The notes under the pieces were generated by a model. That model made no database searches. It was not told where the DNA came from and worked only from the letters and a program-made list of their open reading frames with translations. The position numbers and the translations under genes were made by a program. This document shows, in pieces, positions 63,301 to 64,000 of a stretch of DNA of 64,000 nucleotides; the stretch's first letter is position 1, and each line of letters opens with the position of its first letter. The DNA comes from an uncultured bacterium (GTDB lineage Bacteria; Patescibacteriota; Patescibacteriia; Magasanikbacterales; UBA922), in assembly GCA_937861125.1 (NCBI GenBank), contig CALMAY010000037.1, positions 132,941-196,940 on the forward strand, given 5' to 3'.

Positions 63301-64000
63301 GTTGCGGGTGGTGGAGATATTACTCAGGGTTTGCCTCGTGTAGAAGAGCTCTTTGAATCACGTACACCAAAACGTAAAGCAATTCTCTCAGATGTTCGTG
63401 GAAAAGTAGATATTGAAGATGCTGATGGAAAAGTGGTGACAAGTGTGACTGGACGCAAGATCTTTGAAGGACGTCGCGGTCAAAAAATTGTCAAAGTCCA
63501 TTTTGAAGGAGCGGATGAGGTGGCTATCACCTACAGTGCTGAAGATGAGGTGCGAGTAGAAGATGGTGCGACTGTGAAAAAGGGTGATGTGCTCTTTGTT
63601 CGTGGTGCAACTGCAGAAGAAGTTATCGCAGATTATCCAGGAAAGATCAAAAAAGATGGCAACCGTATCACATTGTCATTTGAAGGAAAATATACCAAAG
63701 AGTATATTATCCCACTAGGATACAAACTCTGGGTCAAAGCAGGGGACACTGTAGAAAAAGGTGATCAACTCACAGAAGGTAGTGTGGATCTCCAAGAACT
63801 CTACGATCTCAAAGGGCGCGACGCGGTCAAACGCTACGTGCTCAGTGAGATCCAGTCTATCTATGCAGCACAGGGTCAGAGACTCAATGATAAGCATATC
63901 GAAATCATCGTCAAACAGATGTTTAGTCGTATGTATATCCTCGACTCTGGCGACACTGATCTCCTCCCTGGAGAAACAGTCGAGCGTGCACAGTTGATGA
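60367..64000 (+). CDS. rpoC: DNA-directed RNA polymerase subunit beta' (5' partial, runs off the window)
   Basis: My own translation from ATG 60367 gives [45 protein letters not shown]...[23 protein letters not shown] (zinc ribbon)...[15 protein letters not shown]. The frame stays open to 64000, which explains its absence from the ORF track. Confidence 0.93.
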   Translation, partial: MNTFKRDTLHLSDFDALSLSVASPEVIRNWSFGEVDKPETINYRTQKPEKGGLFAEEIFGPTKDWECYCGKYKKIRYKGIVCDKCGVEVTHSLVRRERMGHIELAAPVTHIWFLRSVPSKVGLVLDLSIQAIEKVVYFASFIITRVDEDLKKETAEALKKEYKSKHAQLMNEREQKIAAATSDAAKKEAANMVDEKIAALDEDVEAAEEELKDLRVMNIVSENRYQELSLRYGHIFDAEIGAGAIHALLQRLNLDKTIEALQVEIDKSKGAKKERLIRRMKVLASLKKNNINPEWMVLTNIPVIPPDLRPMVALDGGRFATSDLNDLYRRVINRNNRLRRLLELNAPEVITRNEKRMLQEAVDALIDNNARASKTVTASTGQKRQLRSLADILKGKQGRFRQNLLGKRVDYSGRSVIVVGPELHIDQCGLPKRMALELFKPFVMGEIIKRELAHNVRSASRFIESNAPEVWDILEEITKHTRVLLNRAPTLHRLGIQAFRPLLIEGKAIRLHPLVCPAFNADFDGDQMAVHVPLTVEARWEAENLMAAEKNLLKPATGNPVVTPQQDIALGMYYLTKYAEGDTGEVKKFFSNIRDAKFAYKNRYISLKERIKVRFDDLSKFGEGTYPIIETSIGRIFFNEILPNKLPYYNETITKKQMGGIIQFLLEVYGQQETAVVLDKIKALGFKYVTKSGYSLGMDNFGRIDEKKAIVEDGDAQIQVVEEQFQEGLLTDSERHAKVLEIWTEVKDKVVSHNKKVLDKDGSVFAMIDSGARGSWGQLGQVIGMKGLVASPSGEIIELPVKGNFKEGFQVLEFFISSHGTRKGLSDTALRTANAGYLTRRLVDVAQDVVVHTNDCGDTTGELFTRAQSAELGQTLGERVLGRFVIADVVVGKETIVGAGEFVTEAMARAIEKHQVNEVHVRSVLQCLLPKGVCTKCYGADLGNGMPVKEGIAVGVIAAQSIGEPGTQLTMRTFHLGGVAGGGDITQGLPRVEELFESRTPKRKAILSDVRGKVDIEDADGKVVTSVTGRKIFEGRRGQKIVKVHFEGADEVAITYSAEDEVRVEDGATVKKGDVLFVRGATAEEVIADYPGKIKKDGNRITLSFEGKYTKEYIIPLGYKLWVKAGDTVEKGDQLTEGSVDLQELYDLKGRDAVKRYVLSEIQSIYAAQGQRLNDKHIEIIVKQMFSRMYILDSGDTDLLPGETVERAQLM

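Noticed and set aside
60457-63997. Minus- and plus-strand ORFs listed within 60.4-64.0 kb (for example 61654-62337 at 227 aa and 61065-61472 at 135 aa)
   Set aside because: The whole interval is one open frame encoding RpoC from ATG 60367. The listed ORFs are shadows or off-frame.
1-64000. Alternative genetic code (UGA recoding, as in some candidate phyla)
   Set aside because: Conserved genes (rpoB, gyrA, ileS, trxB and others) translate full-length with the standard bacterial code. TGA is used as a genuine stop, for example at 15945-15947 and 10703-10705.

Overview
This is a 64-kb chromosomal segment from a low-GC bacterium (about 40% G+C by eye). Gene content is compact and mostly housekeeping: uppS, rpsF-ssb-rpsR, galU, photolyase, trxB, rpe/rpiB, ileS, trhO, ruvA, gyrA, rpsA, rpoB and the first 3.6 kb of rpoC. 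There are three tRNAs: Leu-UAA, His-GUG and Arg-UCU. I saw no rRNA, CRISPR array, transposase, reverse transcriptase or prophage. The many small secreted two-TM proteins, the IVS-type four-helix-bundle protein, the insertions in conserved enzymes and the frequently weak Shine-Dalgarno sites are features I associate with Patescibacteria/CPR-like genomes. That placement is inference only. All protein calls rest on motifs I recognise in the supplied translations, and no database search was run. Main accessory content: (1) The top candidate for a novel system is 8.0-16.6 kb. It holds a tandem family of 11 secreted two-helix pilin-like paralogs with a shared WMTAxGDxxK core and hypervariable, partly Cys-rich ectodomains. 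It lies next to three type IV prepilin-like genes (3.2-7.1 kb), and no secretion or pilus ATPase is in the window. (2) An operon at 41.6-45.8 kb encodes a fused double ATP-grasp ligase plus two paralogous CelD/FemAB-like acyltransferases, abutting an M49-like metallopeptidase gene. (3) A photolyase lies next to a carotenoid cluster (prenyl synthase, crtB, crtI, UbiA-type elongase-like, CruF-like). (4) ileS has a T-box-like leader with an AUC specifier hairpin and a UGGUACC antiterminator bulge. (5) Two small islands of about 55-65% G+C encode a lipoprotein (31.3-31.9 kb) and a GNAT (53.6-54.2 kb). (6) A 953-aa protein appears to fuse transglutaminase-like and DUF58-like domains. (7) A four-helix-bundle gene is bracketed exactly by a perfect 23-bp inverted repeat. 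(8) A MITE-like repeat family occurs in 2.5 copies. (9) Two orphan promoter-to-terminator units may be ncRNAs or micro-proteins. (10) A DnaA-box cluster sits at the left edge.
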